From: Ptychomitrium polyphyllum
Taxonomy: Eukaryota
Reading direction: 5' to 3'
NCBI GenBank assembly: GCA_973851085.1
Contig: OZ316776.1
Span: 10,602,001-10,666,000 of the forward strand
DNA: 64,000 nt
Shown here: in pieces, positions 23,480-38,000 of the stretch
Numbering within the stretch: the stretch's first letter is position 1
Layout: each line of letters begins with the position of its first letter
Notes under the pieces: model-generated
Database searches by the model: none
Told to the model about the DNA's origin: nothing
Seen by the model: only the letters and a program-made list of their open reading frames with translations
Position numbers and translations under genes: made by a program

Positions 23480-25275
23480 ATGGCGACTCTTTGTTATGTT
23501 GCTAGTGTGAGTGGTGCTGTCCAAAGGATTGCCGCTGTCAGTTCAGTTTCTAAGATTCGCAATGAACGACGAACGAGGCTGCCATCCTCGTTCACCGCGC
23601 GGCCTCTACACATGGATAAGAGAGAACTCTTGACGAAAGCAACGGTTTCTAGGTGGAATTCCCTGGTTTGTAGTGTGTATGATCCTCCTATTGATGGCGT
23701 TGAGGAAGGCGAAGCAAGCACAGGTTCTCATGCGCCAGACCCAGCTGTAGAAGTGAACGACGAAGATAAGCGGAGAACTGTAGGAGTATTTTGGGATCTG
23801 GACAACAAGCCGCCCAAGGGAGTGGCGCCCTACAAGGCGGCCATCAGCCTCAGGGACCTTGCCAGTAAGTTCGGGCTCGTTGTGGACATGGTCGCGTACG
23901 CCAATCAGCACGCGTTCACGTACGTGCCGCAGTGGATCCGCGATGAGAGGCAGGAGAGGAAACGCTTGAACGTCCTGGAAGAGAAGGGCGTTCTCAAGCC
24001 GGAGGAACCGTATCGATGCCAATATTGCGGGCGCAAGTGCGAAACCTACTTGAAGCTGAAGAAGCATTTCAAGCAGCTGCACGAGAGGGAACGCAATAAA
24101 CGAGTGACCCACTTGAATCATCTCAAGGGGAAGAAGCGGCAAAGGTACAAGGAGAAGCTGGCTGAGAAAGAAGAGAAGTATCAGGCCATCGCGACGCAGA
24201 TCCTGGTGCCCAAGAAAGGCTACGGCCTTGCACCCGAGCTCAAACGCGCGGGCGTTTACGTGAGAACTGTGGAGGATAGGCCGCAAGCCGCCGACGAAGC
24301 GCTCATGAAGCACATGACTGTCTACATCAACAGGTTGAATTCCCTATCTCAATTGTTTTCTGGAATCTGTAAGATACAATTTGTTGCAGGAGATATGCTC
24401 ATCTAGAACTACTTTCTCAGAGACTTGTCTACATAAATGCTGTTCTTATCGCAACCCATTGCGTTGTGTACCCCATGAGTCTTGACATGCTTTGATAGAT
24501 CTTTGATGATCTTTCAATCGCTCTGTAGGTCAGTTCAAGAACTAGTAAGAGCCTTACAGTTCAAGAATTGCTGTTCGCATCTAAGTTACAATGAATGACA
24601 TCTACTTGGGCCCAATCATTTCTTATGTGGAATGTCGCTGACTAAATCAATTGCTGCTCTTCAAACCAGCGCAAAACTAAGCACATTAATATCTTTTTAT
24701 TTCGTCTGTTGGCTTGGTATATTTGCCATCAATTGTACTAAACAAACTAATTAGTTGAAAAAAGTAAGTTGAAACCGAACATATTGACTCCACCTGAGGA
24801 CTTCGATTTATGCGAGTTGACCTTGTTCTGCAGGGGACTCGAAACGCTAATTCTGGTATCAGACGACTCCGACTTCATCAACATTCTAAGGCTGGCGAGC
24901 ATGCGCAATTTGCAAACGATTGTGATAGGGGACACACTGACACTGAGCAGGCACGCAGACATCTCGTTCTCGTGGGACGAAGTGGCGTCGGGCAGAGCGC
25001 AAGCTGGAGCTGTCGAGGCGCACAGAGAGTGGACCAACAAGGCGGCGTTAATTAGAGAGCTGGAGGATGACTCGGATCTGTACCCTGAGCAGGAGAAAGA
25101 TTTGGAGTTCGTAACGTTGCGACCGAATTCGACCGTGTCGGCGTTCTCGGAAGAGGAGTCTTTTGATTCGGACAGCGATGGTGAGGCAGATTGGGAGACA
25201 ACTTGGGAGGACGACTCTGACGACAAAGATTATGAGGAGTCAGCGTTTGAGGAGTACTCCTCGTGGAGTAGATGA
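23480..25275 (+). CDS. NYN (PIN-like, LabA/DUF88) domain protein with an inserted C2H2 zinc finger, probably organelle-targeted. Exons 23480-24333 and 24834-25275
   Basis: 'VGVFWDLDNKPP', C2H2 'CQYC...HFKQLH', 'QAADEAL', 'LILVSDDSDF', 'LSRHADISFSW', and an acidic C-terminal tail. The single GT-AG intron joins in frame (N-R|G-L). Confidence 0.85.
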
Positions 25276-25728
25276 TCAGTAGTCGAGTCCAACAAAGGTT
25301 TACTAGAATTTTCTACATGTAGCATATTTTTCAATCAAAAGAAATTTTCTCGAAACTGAAATGTATGCGCTAAGTATGTCGCCTTGATTGCAACTCCTCA
25401 AATGTGCATGATATCCCCAGAAAACTTCAATTGCAGTAGAGTTTGAGTACGAAAAAGGCTTCAGCAAAAGTGGAAGTAGTACTGGGAAATAAAGAGCTCT
25501 TAATACGAGCTCTTGCAAATTCATTATCATGGGAATTTCAAAGCTGGTGTACATGTACAATGGGCTGTGGCGTAGAACTTCTTTACAATTTACCCTCTTA
25601 AGATAACTGAGGTATCACTAATCTTCAGCAGGAAAATCAATTGTACCTTTGTCACTAATCACTCACCTAAATCCCTCACTGTTGACTGGAACTAAAGTCC
25701 ACACCTGAAAACCATTTCAGGTGCTAAG

Positions 25729-28700
25729 CTAAAAATTCAGCAATGCTGAAAGACCGTTCCAACCGAACATATGAGGCCTGTCAGCATGGTTTGGGGGAGC
25801 GAAATTGAGTGCGAACATCTCCTTGGGGGCAGATCCGGGATTGATAATGCCAACAATCCTGGCTACAAGTTCAGCACTGGCTTGGATATGGCCGAGGTTG
25901 TGAGGGTCCATCCACAACTTGTAGACCAGCTGGAGCTTCCTCTGTTTTCCGTCGAGAGGAACACCCCATCGAATGAAGAGGTCTTCCCTCTCCTCATTCG
26001 TCAACCTTCGCGACATCTGCCTAGCTAGAAGTTCTCGTTCTTTTTTCAAGCTTTTAGCGCTGCACAGTACAAGTTGTTGAGATAAGGCAGTTCAGTCCAC
26101 TTGGTAACATGAGAAAGGCAAGGACATCCACAGTCGAAGAACATCATATGCTACTCCCGAGAGTCTACTGCAGTAGAAATCGAAAAGTGATTTTCGTCAA
26201 AGTGTGATCGCGAGGTTAGAAAACCAACCTGTTTGAGATGCTCGGGCTAGCAGGTATTAGATGCTCCTGGATATTCGGGCTAGCTGTGTTTACGTTGCAT
26301 TGGTTAGCTTGAGCCTCGGCGTTGAAATTCTCCTGCAGCCAGGTTAAGCGGCGCAACTCCACTTCCATGTAAATACCATCAGAAGGATCTCCCTTGAATA
26401 GAAGATAAAACTGTGTTCTATGGATGATAGAAACATTGCATGTATCCCATAACTCAAAGATAAGTGCTCTTTGTTGCTCAAATTGACACTTCCAGCTGCC
26501 TGGTGATTGCACAGGCTCCAGAGCAAGCTCATCATCATTGAGATCATCCTCTCCTTCCTCCTCTTCATCGTTCCCGCCAGCCTCCAGTTCGAGCACCTGT
26601 TAAAATTATTGACAATCAGTAAGCGACCAAAGTGAATTCTACGAGAAAAGCAACCTGCTCCTTCGATCATACATGCAACACAAACGAACAAACCATTTCT
26701 AGAGCTAATTCAAAGAGATGTAATGAAAATAATTAGCATATTGAGATTCACAGTGAGCCCATACCTGACAGACAAGAAGCTGTTTCTGATATTGAAGCTT
26801 GGCCACACGCTCCTTCAAGTCCGTTACGTACGAACGGATGCTCTTTATATTGTCCTCAGCTGCGGTCTTAAACAAGTTCTGCATTTTTCGAATGTCTACT
26901 GAATTTGACCTCTTGTGCCCACCACCAGGGCTCTCCTTTGATTGACTTGTATTAACATCAGACTTTGCTGGCGATGCACCTTGCTTTTGGTGTCCATTCC
27001 CTCGAGATGTTGCATGCTCTCCTCCATTAGGAGGATTATTGTCACGCGGTGCTCGTGGGGGTGTATTCTCGTTGTTCTCATTATTAGCATATCTCAAACT
27101 CCTCCGCGTGGCAGGGGAGCACGGAGTATCGGCTGTGAGGCGCTGCCTAGCCATGCCTGCAGGGGTTAAGGGAACATTCTTCTTGCGAGCAGGAGTCCTG
27201 GGTGACTCTCCAGTCTGATCCTGAAACAACATAGATTATGACACGTCCATTTCAGTGGTCAAATCAATACATGAAACATAAAATGTCTTGCGAGCTGTGA
27301 CTTGAGGCCACTTCAATTGCATCTATAATCGCAGAAGTTCTTTAGGGAATGGGTGTTTTTTGAGAATGAGCAGTAAATGAAGAAGCCAACAAACTACTGC
27401 ATCGTCACAATACAAAGCTGTGCTACATGCTCTTTTACTTTTCACTATCTTGAGTTGAAGAGCAAAACGTACCTTTGGTGAGTTTGTTTCGTTGGCAAGA
27501 ATCATCTTGTCTAGGGATCTCTGAACACTCTCCAACTGCTCCTCCAAAGTTGCTATGGCCGCATCGGCGTCAGTTTTATCCTTTTCTCCCAATCTAGAGA
27601 GCTCTTGACGCAATGTTACATGGTTCATACTGATGGACTGGCGAAGAGTGGCTACATCTTCCTTGTTCTCTGAGCCCTTGAATTTTGAAGTTGTAGAACG
27701 AAGGCTGTGCATTGTATGTATCTCATCTTGCAGCTTCTTGACTGTAGAAGCAGCGTCATGATTCATGCCCGCTTGAGCTAACCTTAAACATTCGACTTCC
27801 TTCTGAAGAGCTTCAAGAGCTCGATTGGCATCCTCGCCCAACTCATCCTGGAGGTTTTCAAGCTTGCGAATCTCCTGTACCAGCATGACGGATGCAGCAG
27901 TGGATTGCCTGATGGACATGCTTGGTCCTTTCGGCCGGATCGTGCTAGGGGGAGTTTGCGGTTGCTGGTTTTGACCCTCCAATTTTCGGATGAGATAATC
28001 CCCTGAATCAGACCACCTTCTTCGGTTCGTGCTAATTGAGAGAGGAGTACGGGAGATAGGTTCCGGCCCAGGTGTTGATGGCTATTATGCACACCACGTG
28101 AACATTAGAAGGGTGGAACAGAAGATAGGTACAGTAGATCAGAAACAAGTAAGCACTTCACAGCTACTTCAATACTCAGTGGTTTAAAATGTAACCGGGG
28201 TCTTACAGGTCTCTTTGCAGCCTCGTCCGCAAGTCTCTTTGCTGCCTCTTCTGCTAATCTTTTAGCGGCTTCTTCTGCCTCAAGTTTCCTGCTGACCTCG
28301 TCAAGCCGAGCTTGTGCAGCATCACGCTGTACTTGGAGCTCCCTAAGTTCTTCCTCCATCTATGAAACTTCCAGGCTCAGTAATTTTCCTTAGCAAGGCA
28401 ACTTCTTTAATGATTTAAAGAACACTTCTCTACTACTCGAACCAGGACAGTATAAACGTACAAACCTTTTGAATCTGGAGGTCTTTAGCTTGGAGTAGTG
28501 CTTCCGATGACGCGGCTTCAGTTCCTAAATCGGGAACTTTCAGCTCAGCCTCCAGTCGGGCCACCTCTTTCTGTAATTGCCTCACCAGTACCTTGTCTGA
28601 CACAACCTGACAGAGTACAGCAAAACTCCAACAATTTTGGAGCAGGGACCCAACATGAGGAACTGATCAATTCAAGCATATGTTGATTAATTTACTAATA

Positions 28701-31700
28701 CATTGAAAGCCAGAGATGGAATTGCAGAACAACCGAAACGCAGTGAAAGTTGGTAAGTTAATTCTGAAACCGAAACGTACATAGCGAATGCAACAGATTG
28801 GAATATGACTGCCGAGGGACCTTACCATGTTGATATGGGTGGTGTTCGTTACTTCCTTCGCCCTGGTAGCAAATGCAAGAGTGTTACGCGATTGCTCGAC
28901 ATGGCTATGGGCAGGGCTCATGGTGCAAATGATAGCAGTTCTTGCATTTCCTCCCAAAGAATGTTGTAAGATCCTTGTAAGCTTGGAGTCTCTGTATGGT
29001 ACATGTCCGTTTTTCTTGCTTCCTCCACTGAAAGCCAAATACATGAGTTCGACAACGAGTTATTAAGGACAGGACTAAGCAAGTACTGGCAATGGATTCT
29101 GGATAAAAATTTGAAATCATGTAAAATGTCGGTACCTAAGTTTGCGAATACAAGTGCTTAGAGTCAATAGACTGCGATTAATATGGGCTCCTTCCTTCAG
29201 CCTGGCGCCATCAGCTTGAGTTTGTGATGCTCGTTCACTTCCAGCCAGATCCACAAAATTCTGCGAAATAAACATGGCAGATGTTAGAACAGAGGGCTTG
29301 GTGAGTTACTGTTGAATATGCATGGATAAGATAATGATGCGCGTCTACACTACGGCATTGAAACCCATCCGGGAGGCAATCTGTAGTTCCAAACGAAGTG
29401 ATAGACAAGTCATTTACCAAACTCGCCACTAGAGAGGTTGCTGGAGTCCCTGGAGCAACTCCAGAAGGATGGCTCTCCACAGTCTGCACAGGCAAGAGGT
29501 ATGCTTATATCAACTGACTATATTCGTAAATACGGAATGCCAACTGACTGTATCCAAGTTCACAAAACACCATTACACTAGCAGCTGCAGATCAGACAAC
29601 CCCTGATTACCAACAAGTTGCCTAAAGCGGAGCAATATGAGAATCATTAGTTCATTTGTACTAGTAAACCAGAACTCACCAATCGAATGATCTGATGTGA
29701 CCTTGAGGATGTGTCATTTAGACTGGTCTCTCCGACTTGTCTTTGAGCTGCAGGAATACAAGGATAATCAGTGTAAAGTGAGTTGTGTATGAGCGCTATA
29801 TGTTACAATACAACTTCCGTCCTGTTCACATGGACTCGAAACAAATTCTACAGTGGCAGAAATATTTGTAGAGCTGAGCTCTTCGTACCTTCGCAAATCT
29901 TAACAACCTGCCGCAGATGTTCTACATTACGGACAACCTCCTCTTTCAACTTGTCCACAACAGTACCTTTCTGCGAATCAGAACAGTTCAATTAGAGGCA
30001 AATACATCGCCCTGGTCACAACAGGTAGAAGAATTGCAACGAAGAGTACGGAAGTACCCAGTAGAAGTATCCAAGAGAACCTCAGGTAAAATGAAACTAA
30101 ATGCCTCCCTACTTACCTCTTTGTCGTCAAGCAACCTAAGAGGTGCGTTATCAGAGGTAAGTAGATCTTTCACCACCTCGTTGTAAATTTCAAGTGCTGC
30201 TACTTTCAGTATAAATTCTCTGTCTGTGTTCTGTGACAAAGAGGAGAATCAGCCCATATGCACGAGGAATTCATCACCACTGAGCAAGTCTAAGTGTTCG
30301 TGAAACTCACATTCCACTGTTGTATGTGACAACCCTGGAGTGTGCTGATATAATTAAGGTGTCCAATCAGTATACAAAGCTGGACCAGGCAACACATGTA
30401 GAGGGAAGCGAAGCTCTAAAATCCCAAAATATGTCGAAGGGACGGAGTGTACAAACTATTCAACATAATTCGGAAATCCATTCTCATGCGATAATACAAA
30501 TTTCATGCAAGCAAACTGTAATGAAAGCAAGCCGACTCCACAAATACGCAAGAATGGAAGACCTACATGTTGGATGTACTCAAAAATATCTGCAATGGCG
30601 CTTTCAGTGACTCCCCTCATTGTGAAAGTCTTCCCACTGCTGGTTTGCCCATATGCAAAGATCGTAGCTGCTCGACCCAAATCAAGTCAGAACAATCACT
30701 TCAGAATGAACATGGAGGGTGCTAGAATCGCTATAGGAACAACCTGGTTCATTACACTTGCACTGTTACCATAAAACGTTTTCAGGTCATGGATGAAAGT
30801 CTTACAATTGAGACCCGTAAGGGCCGAGAGGGCCACGTCTTTGGCACCTTCTTCATAAACCCTCTGTGTTTGGCATTCAGGCCCGAATACACGATCTGCA
30901 AACAGCAGCTTAAACGTCAAATTCTATTCACCAACCTTTTTGCGACAAGACATCTCAGAATCTAATTACTCAGATTCCGAATGTGGCCAGGTCTCAGGGC
31001 GTCCTCTAGGAGCTAAATTGCACAAAAGATAGATCTCAAGCGCATATATTCTCCCGGCAACTCGTGCTAAACAAGCACTTCCCCTCAGCCACTTCATGGA
31101 TCCCATTCTACAACGTCTATAATGGTCATCTAGAGGCCTAGTTGTAGGACCTTCAATAACATGACTCAATTGAGCTTCGGTTCAATCTCTAACCAAAAGA
31201 GATACATACTAAGCAGGATCGTTGTGAGCAAACAAGTTGAATACTGCACAGAATAGGTATAAATTCTGGAAGTTCATAAAGGCGAGTAGGTATCCATCAG
31301 AGCAAACTCTTCAATCCGAAAGTAATACCCAAGTATCTAACTTCCATACCCAAAGGAGACTGGAGTTTCCTACTAAGTAGGAAGATAAACGAACTGACAC
31401 CAACTCTCAAATCACAAAACTTGAAGAAAGTAATGTCCAAACGTACGGGAGACTCAAATTGAAAAATAACAGAGAGTGAAAATCACCTAGCGTATACGTA
31501 GCAGGAAATGGCGAACGTTCCGGTAGTGCATGTTTGTACGCTATCGTATTCTCATTGCTGCACACCCAGTCTGAAACGTCGGAGCGAGCCACCTCCTTCG
31601 TACTAAGAGGCCGAACTCGCACCGTGACATAGATCTTTTCCTCCCCGCTCCTAATCCGAGCAAATTGCGCCCCGCCACTCCTCTCCATGGCCACAGTCAT
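25729..31700 (-). CDS. NACK: Kinesin-7, NACK1/HINKEL-like (N-terminal motor, coiled-coil stalk, C-terminal DUF3490), multi-exon
   Basis: '[10 protein letters not shown]', P-loop '[10 protein letters not shown]', switch I 'NDTSSRSH' (about 29700), switch II 'DLAGSE' (about 29240), '[23 protein letters not shown]', '[37 protein letters not shown]', '[32 protein letters not shown]', 'KEMFALNF'. Confidence 0.92.
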
Positions 31701-34700
31701 GGCTGTAGAAGCAAGAACACCTCCTAGGCCTCCTCTCCTTCAGCCCCGCCCTCCCTCCTGCCCCGTCCTCTCGCACGCACACAGGGCGGAGGGTTCAAGG
31801 CTCCCAGATATCCTTGTCCGCACATTCACTCAAACTCCAAACCCCAAACACGCAAACTCGGGTGAACACTCTTCCATCCAAGCTCCGCTGTTCCCCCTCA
31901 CCAATGCGGGCGCCAATGAACTCACTCCTCAACTCCGCATCTCCTCAACCGCGCAACTCTTCAAGTGAACAATCGCTATCAACATTACAACAACTGGCTT
32001 CGAGCTAACTAACTCTCACTCCACAATCGATCCTCTAACGGTATGCAAACGGATCTCAAATTCTCTCCCACACACCAACACAACCGATACGGCACCAAAT
32101 GAAGCGAGGTTTGGATCCCGGGATTTCAGATTCCGGAGATTAAGTCGAAGGCAGGCACTGTGGGGTGAGGTGAGTGAAGATAAGAAGGAGAGGAGAGAAG
32201 GCAGCATTGTTGGCACGGAAGCGCCGCAACGGTCACAAGAGCTTGCAGAGACGACAGAGGTGAAGCAAACAACCCGGGGCTTCACCAGACCACCACTTCG
32301 ACACCCGACAGCGTCGTCCCCAACGGTCATGCAGGTGCGGAATCGGCCTCCTCTCTCGGGGCGCGACTGTTCTGCGTGGAATTCACGTTCTCACAAGCCG
32401 AAATGTGCTGGTGTTTGTGGTTGTGTGGGTTTTTGGAGTGGAACTTGGGGGTTTGTTGCCAGCGTGGACAGATTCGGGACGCGATTCTGGGGTGGAATGT
32501 GGGAGGTCTGGGATTGCGGAGTGTTTGAAGGGGGTGCTGGGTTCGACAGTTTGCGAGGCCCGGTTAAATTTAGGTTCGGTTCATCTAAGTATGGAGTTAG
32601 GTCCGACAGGCAGTGATTTACAGAACTGATTTGCGTTTTTGAAATGATTAGTTTAGTACAGTGTAGCCTCGTTAATAAACTACTGGTTTCTACAACCTCT
32701 AATTTAAAGTACAGTCTAACCTCGTTCATACAATATAATTTTTATGTCCTCAATTTTGTGTTTGTGTGATTGAGCGTTTTAGTTCAAACTTCTATCTACG
32801 GTGCAACTACAAACACACAATAATATGACATTTAAGACATCTATTTTGTTGTGTTAAAGAAATAATATGGATGTACTTCATCTAATGCCTATGATGTTTT
32901 GAAAAGAAAATAATGTTTTTTTGTCATATGTAAAGAAGAACTTATAGAAAATTATGGAAATTTGAAAAAATAATTTGAAAATATATTAAACACTATGAAA
33001 ACTTAATAATACAACATTTTTTGATATTTTCTAAACAAGTAATTATAAAGGAAAAATAATATCTTTGGTTTTGACTCCTAACACAAAGACTTTAATTAAT
33101 AAAAAATTTCTTTAATAAATAAAAATTATTAAGCATGAAATTGTATTTTTATTTTTTAAAATTATTACTTCATTGATATGGTTTTTGGTAGTGGTTATAG
33201 GAATGTTTTGCCAATAATTATTTAGAAATAATATAATATGATCTTATTCACGTAAAGGTAATTAATGATATTAGTTATTTGGAAAAAAAATGAATTTTTA
33301 ATAATTCATGGATAGTTAGTTATTTAATTATAAATAATAATTAATAATTATTATTGATTGTATGGCATCATGTTAATCATAGATATAAAACTTTTGATGT
33401 CTAAATATTAGTAAAAATTAAGTAAGTGTTTGATTTCTAATGGCTTTTATTTTGTTAAATTCAAATTAAGTTAAATATAATTCAAATCAATCTTTATAAT
33501 GCAATCTTTAATATTTGAACATTTTCCATGCAACAAAATAATCTTTAAAGTGCAAAATTTATTTTTGATACCACAAATTATAATCTAAGCTTTTCAACAT
33601 AACACTTAATTATATGACAACCTCAACTATACAATACATTTTTGCACGACCAATTTACCTAGTTCAAAACTCTTTCATATGATACAACTATGACACACTA
33701 TAATACCACAATCAAACTCCCTCATTTGCCATATGATAAAGGTAATTAATGCTTAATGGAAATGAACTTCATTTAAAATGATAATTACTTGAAAAAAATA
33801 TGATTCTTCATTCATTCACAACTGAAAATCTTATGAAAACTTCCAATGTCTAAGGTTAAAAAATGGTGGCTAGAGTTTGTGTGGGAACTAGGGTTGATTA
33901 CCATTAATAAGCTTAGTATTGCAAATCCTAGTAAACATAAAATATATTCTTAAGATTTTATAACCATTGTAATATGTTTTTATACTTATTTTGGTCAAAA
34001 TTTGAAAACCTCAATAAAATAATACCAAATATCTTAAATATAATAAAATAAAAATACAACATTTCAATTATACAATAATTTTCTTATTTCCCAACTTTGT
34101 CATATAAAAGAGGAATAAGAATATTTACTATATTCTTATATTAAAATATTATATCTATAACAAATTCTTAATATATTCTTTAAAATTCAATTAAGTTCAA
34201 GAAATAAAGGAAAAAAATAATCAAAGTTTTGTTGTACCAAAGTTACATTGCAGGTTCGTCACAATTTCCAACTAGTATTCTATGCATCAACTAATCACAA
34301 ATTAACACATGGCACTACTCGATTTAAAGAAACAGCTATGCAACTACACTATTCTCTCAGGGGTTTCAAATCCTGTCTCATAGTTTTCAGGAAGTTGTCT
34401 TCTTACTTATGTTACAACATCCCCGTTTAAGAGAGTCTTACAGGACCAATGTCGATTTGTGAATTGCTTCTGCATGTTGCACCACACCTCCACCACAAAC
34501 CCCTCTTCAGTTGATCCAAGTCAGACGAGGGTCCAAGAAAGCGTCCAAACAGCTCAGATAAAGCGAAACGAGAAAGGATTCTGCATGGACACCGCGAAAC
34601 CCAAGCACCGAGACACCCAACTCCCGACTTCGAACCGCAAGACACGACTTCTCAACACTTAACAAGCCGGGCCGTCGGCGCTCTTAGTGGTTCCCAAGGA

Positions 34701-35029
34701 CGCCAATATGCTTCCCTGTGGTGGGAACAGCGCAACAGTCCAAGTGGCGTAGATTGTAGCGTTTTTGTGCCATGCAAAACCTTGCTCGCCCATCTCCCCT
34801 CCCACAAATCCGCCATCGCACCTAAAACCAACAGCGCCTCTCACGTACATCTGACAGTCGGAGTCTAGGTAAGGTCTAGATACGGATGCTTTAGAGTACA
34901 CTGCCGGTTTTCTGTGTGCGCTTGCTCCCTGTGCAGTGAAGAAGATGAGCATTGTGTTTTCTCAGTATAGTGCTGTTGTCTCCTTTCACCACAAAGCTTT
35001 CTGCTGTTTTTCTTCCGAGCGCGGCAGTC

Positions 35030-38000
35030 ATGGCGGGCTATGGCGATGGCTATGATGCCACCTTCCGGGACCTGGAGCTTCTCATGGATCGCAACGTCCA
35101 CCGCGCCTTCGCTGGATCTTCATTGCATGCGCCGGTGGCTTCTTCTTCTCTGGCGAATTGTGCTACATTCGGGGAAGAGCGCGTCGTGTTGGAAGGCGAG
35201 GACGCCCGCGAGGACCACGACGATGTAGCAGGTGTGGTTTCTTTTTATGTTTTTTCTATGGAATGATTGGCGTGCGTTGAGGATTGTTTTTCGTATTGCA
35301 GAGGTTTGGAGCGCTGTGAGCTTTGGGAGTTTTGTTGTTGAGAAGAGGTGATGTGTGTGTGAGGAGCGCTTGAGCGGTCGTTGGCGTGGTTGATGTTTTT
35401 GTTCTGTTGGATTGTTACGGGTTTGCGTACTTTCTATTTCGTTGGCATTGCCGAGATCTTTTGAGGCTTTGTTCGTGGTTTTGTCCTAGATTTTGATCTT
35501 CTTTTGCGATGTTTTGCCTTGTAGAGGGAGTTTTAGCTTGCTAGAGTGGTGTTTAGTTTTCTTTAGCGATAAAGTGAAACTAGAAATGCTTTATTCGTGC
35601 TGAAGCTGGATGTTAATCAGTTTATTGTCTACCGGTATTGTGCATAAAGGAGCTTGTGGTTATTATGATACAGAAAAATTCTTACATATTTTGTCAACTG
35701 ACCGTTTTCTTAGTTATGCACATGAGCAGAGCAGCTTCCAATTTGTGAGGCTATAGTTCTAGCAAATTTTAGATAATAATGATGCGATTCCGTTGTCGTG
35801 TAAGGATTACATTGTGAACGTTTTATGAGGATTCAGTTTCACGTGGAGAACTACACTCCTGAGTCGTGAATGAGGATATGAGCTGGAAGCTGTCATGAGG
35901 TTTCGTACAGATGGCAGTGGCGTAATGTTTTGGTATTTGAATTGTGGAAATATTTCCTTAACAGAGTGTCCACTTATCTGTTGTAATTCCGGAAACAAGG
36001 ATTAGACTCGTAACCAGTTTGCATGTCTCATTTTCTTTTTAGTGTCATAGTTCAATGATGTCACTAATTCGAGCAATGGCTCTTCCTCATTTCTTAAACC
36101 GTAGCTGGAACTCACGATATTTTCAAATTGTACTTTTCATCTGGCCTTGCTTTGCAACCATTGTATACCTCACCTGTTTAGTAGCATTTGTTCATATTTT
36201 GCAAGCTTATTGCCGCTGCCTTTTTCTAACAATTTCTGAGGATTGTGACTGTAAACCTTGCTGCAGCGACTCTTGGCAATCCGCTATTTAAAGCTGCTTC
36301 CATCTCCCTTGCTCTTAACTCCGTATTCACTTCTGGCCTCGTTCTGACAAAGAACAATGGATTGACACAAGCGTCACAACACAGTGGATATGGTCCAGCC
36401 ATTTCAGGAGCAGCTCCTTCTCAAAAGAAGAGCTATAGCCCAGTGCCTTTGATGGCTTCTTCAAAGGTTCAGGTTAGTGAATTTAAATCCCAAAGTTGGA
36501 AGAAGGCTTATGTCCGGATTGTTGATTTCTTCTGGAATGTATCTGTTTTTATGCAATCAACCAAGGCTATATTGAGACTTGGGACTCGTTCGACACAGGT
36601 GGCTCTTGATATTCCTGTAGCAACTCCAGTCACCGTTTCAAAGAGATCAGCAAATTATGTGTCAGCTTTTCCAGAGTATGAAAGACTTCAGGGCCCTGAC
36701 TTGAAGGATCCTGCAAATGCCGCTGGTTTACGTAGGGCTTCAATAGTGTGGTTTAGGAATGACTTGCGAGTGCATGATAATGAAGCTCTGGTTTCAGCTA
36801 GTAGAGATTGTCTCTCTATTTTACCAGTATTCTGCTTCGATCCAAGAGACTATGGAAAATCATCTTTGGGTTTCGATAAAACCGGTCCTTATCGAGCAAA
36901 ATTTCTTCTGGAATGTATCTCGAACCTGCGATCAAGTTTGAGGAACAGAGGCTCTGATCTGATTGTCAGGATTGGGAAGCCAGAAGAAGTGCTTGTCGAC
37001 TTGGCAACGAGTGTGGGAGCCGAAGCTCTCTATGTCCATCAGGAAGTCACTTACGAAGAGCTTCAGGTACAGTAGTTTCGTTCTCAAGGACCATGAAAGC
37101 TGTGGAATGTGAAGGCGTGGGAGGTCTTGTGAGGACAGAGTTGAGTATTATTCAAGTAGCTCGCTGTCGGCTGGTTATTCAGCTGTAACTAGATGTGACG
37201 AGTTGGTAGGAAATGATGGTTGCTTTTATTGCAGGAAGGAGATTTTGTTGCAATTTCTAGCAACTCGTACAGACCTTGGTTGTCACATAAGGGTGTCGCT
37301 GTTAAAAGATCATGGAATGTCCTAAACAGAGGACCTTTCCAGGTTTGGGAATTAATCATTCTCCATTATTGTGTGCATGTGGCCCAAGTGTAGAAGGGGT
37401 GACACCTCATTACCTGGAAGTTCCCTACTTTGTGCTAGATCTCTGTAAAGTTTCATGCTTCGAGTGTAAGTTGGAGGATGCTTAAAGCACAGTTTGTAAA
37501 AGTTATCGGTGGCATTGAAGCCTTACTTTTAAAAAAATAGCATGGCAGTGCTGTTCAACCATGTAAATAATGTAGGGATTAACTTGATATCCACGTCAAT
37601 ATCATAAGAACTGGGATTGTACTTGAACTTTGTGTTAAACTCGGAGATGTTTTCAAGGCTGGGTAGGCTGGTTGCATTAGTCTAGGTGGCAGCGCTTAAC
37701 GCAGATAGTCTCTATTTGGACATCTTTCTTTGTGACTTGAGGAAGACGGGTTAAATACGAGGTATACATAATTTTGCAAAGTATGACCAGCGATCTCTTG
37801 CACATGGGAGGAGACAAAACTGAACCCTGTGGAGCCGTCAACTGGATATAGGTCATTGGCCTGTAGTCAATTACGCTATGATCATTTACAGCAACGATAT
37901 CGAGCGTTTTTCCTATGATGCATGCATTTTGGTTTATGGCTTATGTTAAAAGTGTGTTGTCTGTTCAGGCAGAGGAGAAAGTGGCCGCTGCTTTGCAAGA

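Noticed and set aside
23606..24313. 235-aa antisense ORF inside the NYN gene
   Set aside because: Shadow ORF of a GC3-rich coding exon with no recognisable features.
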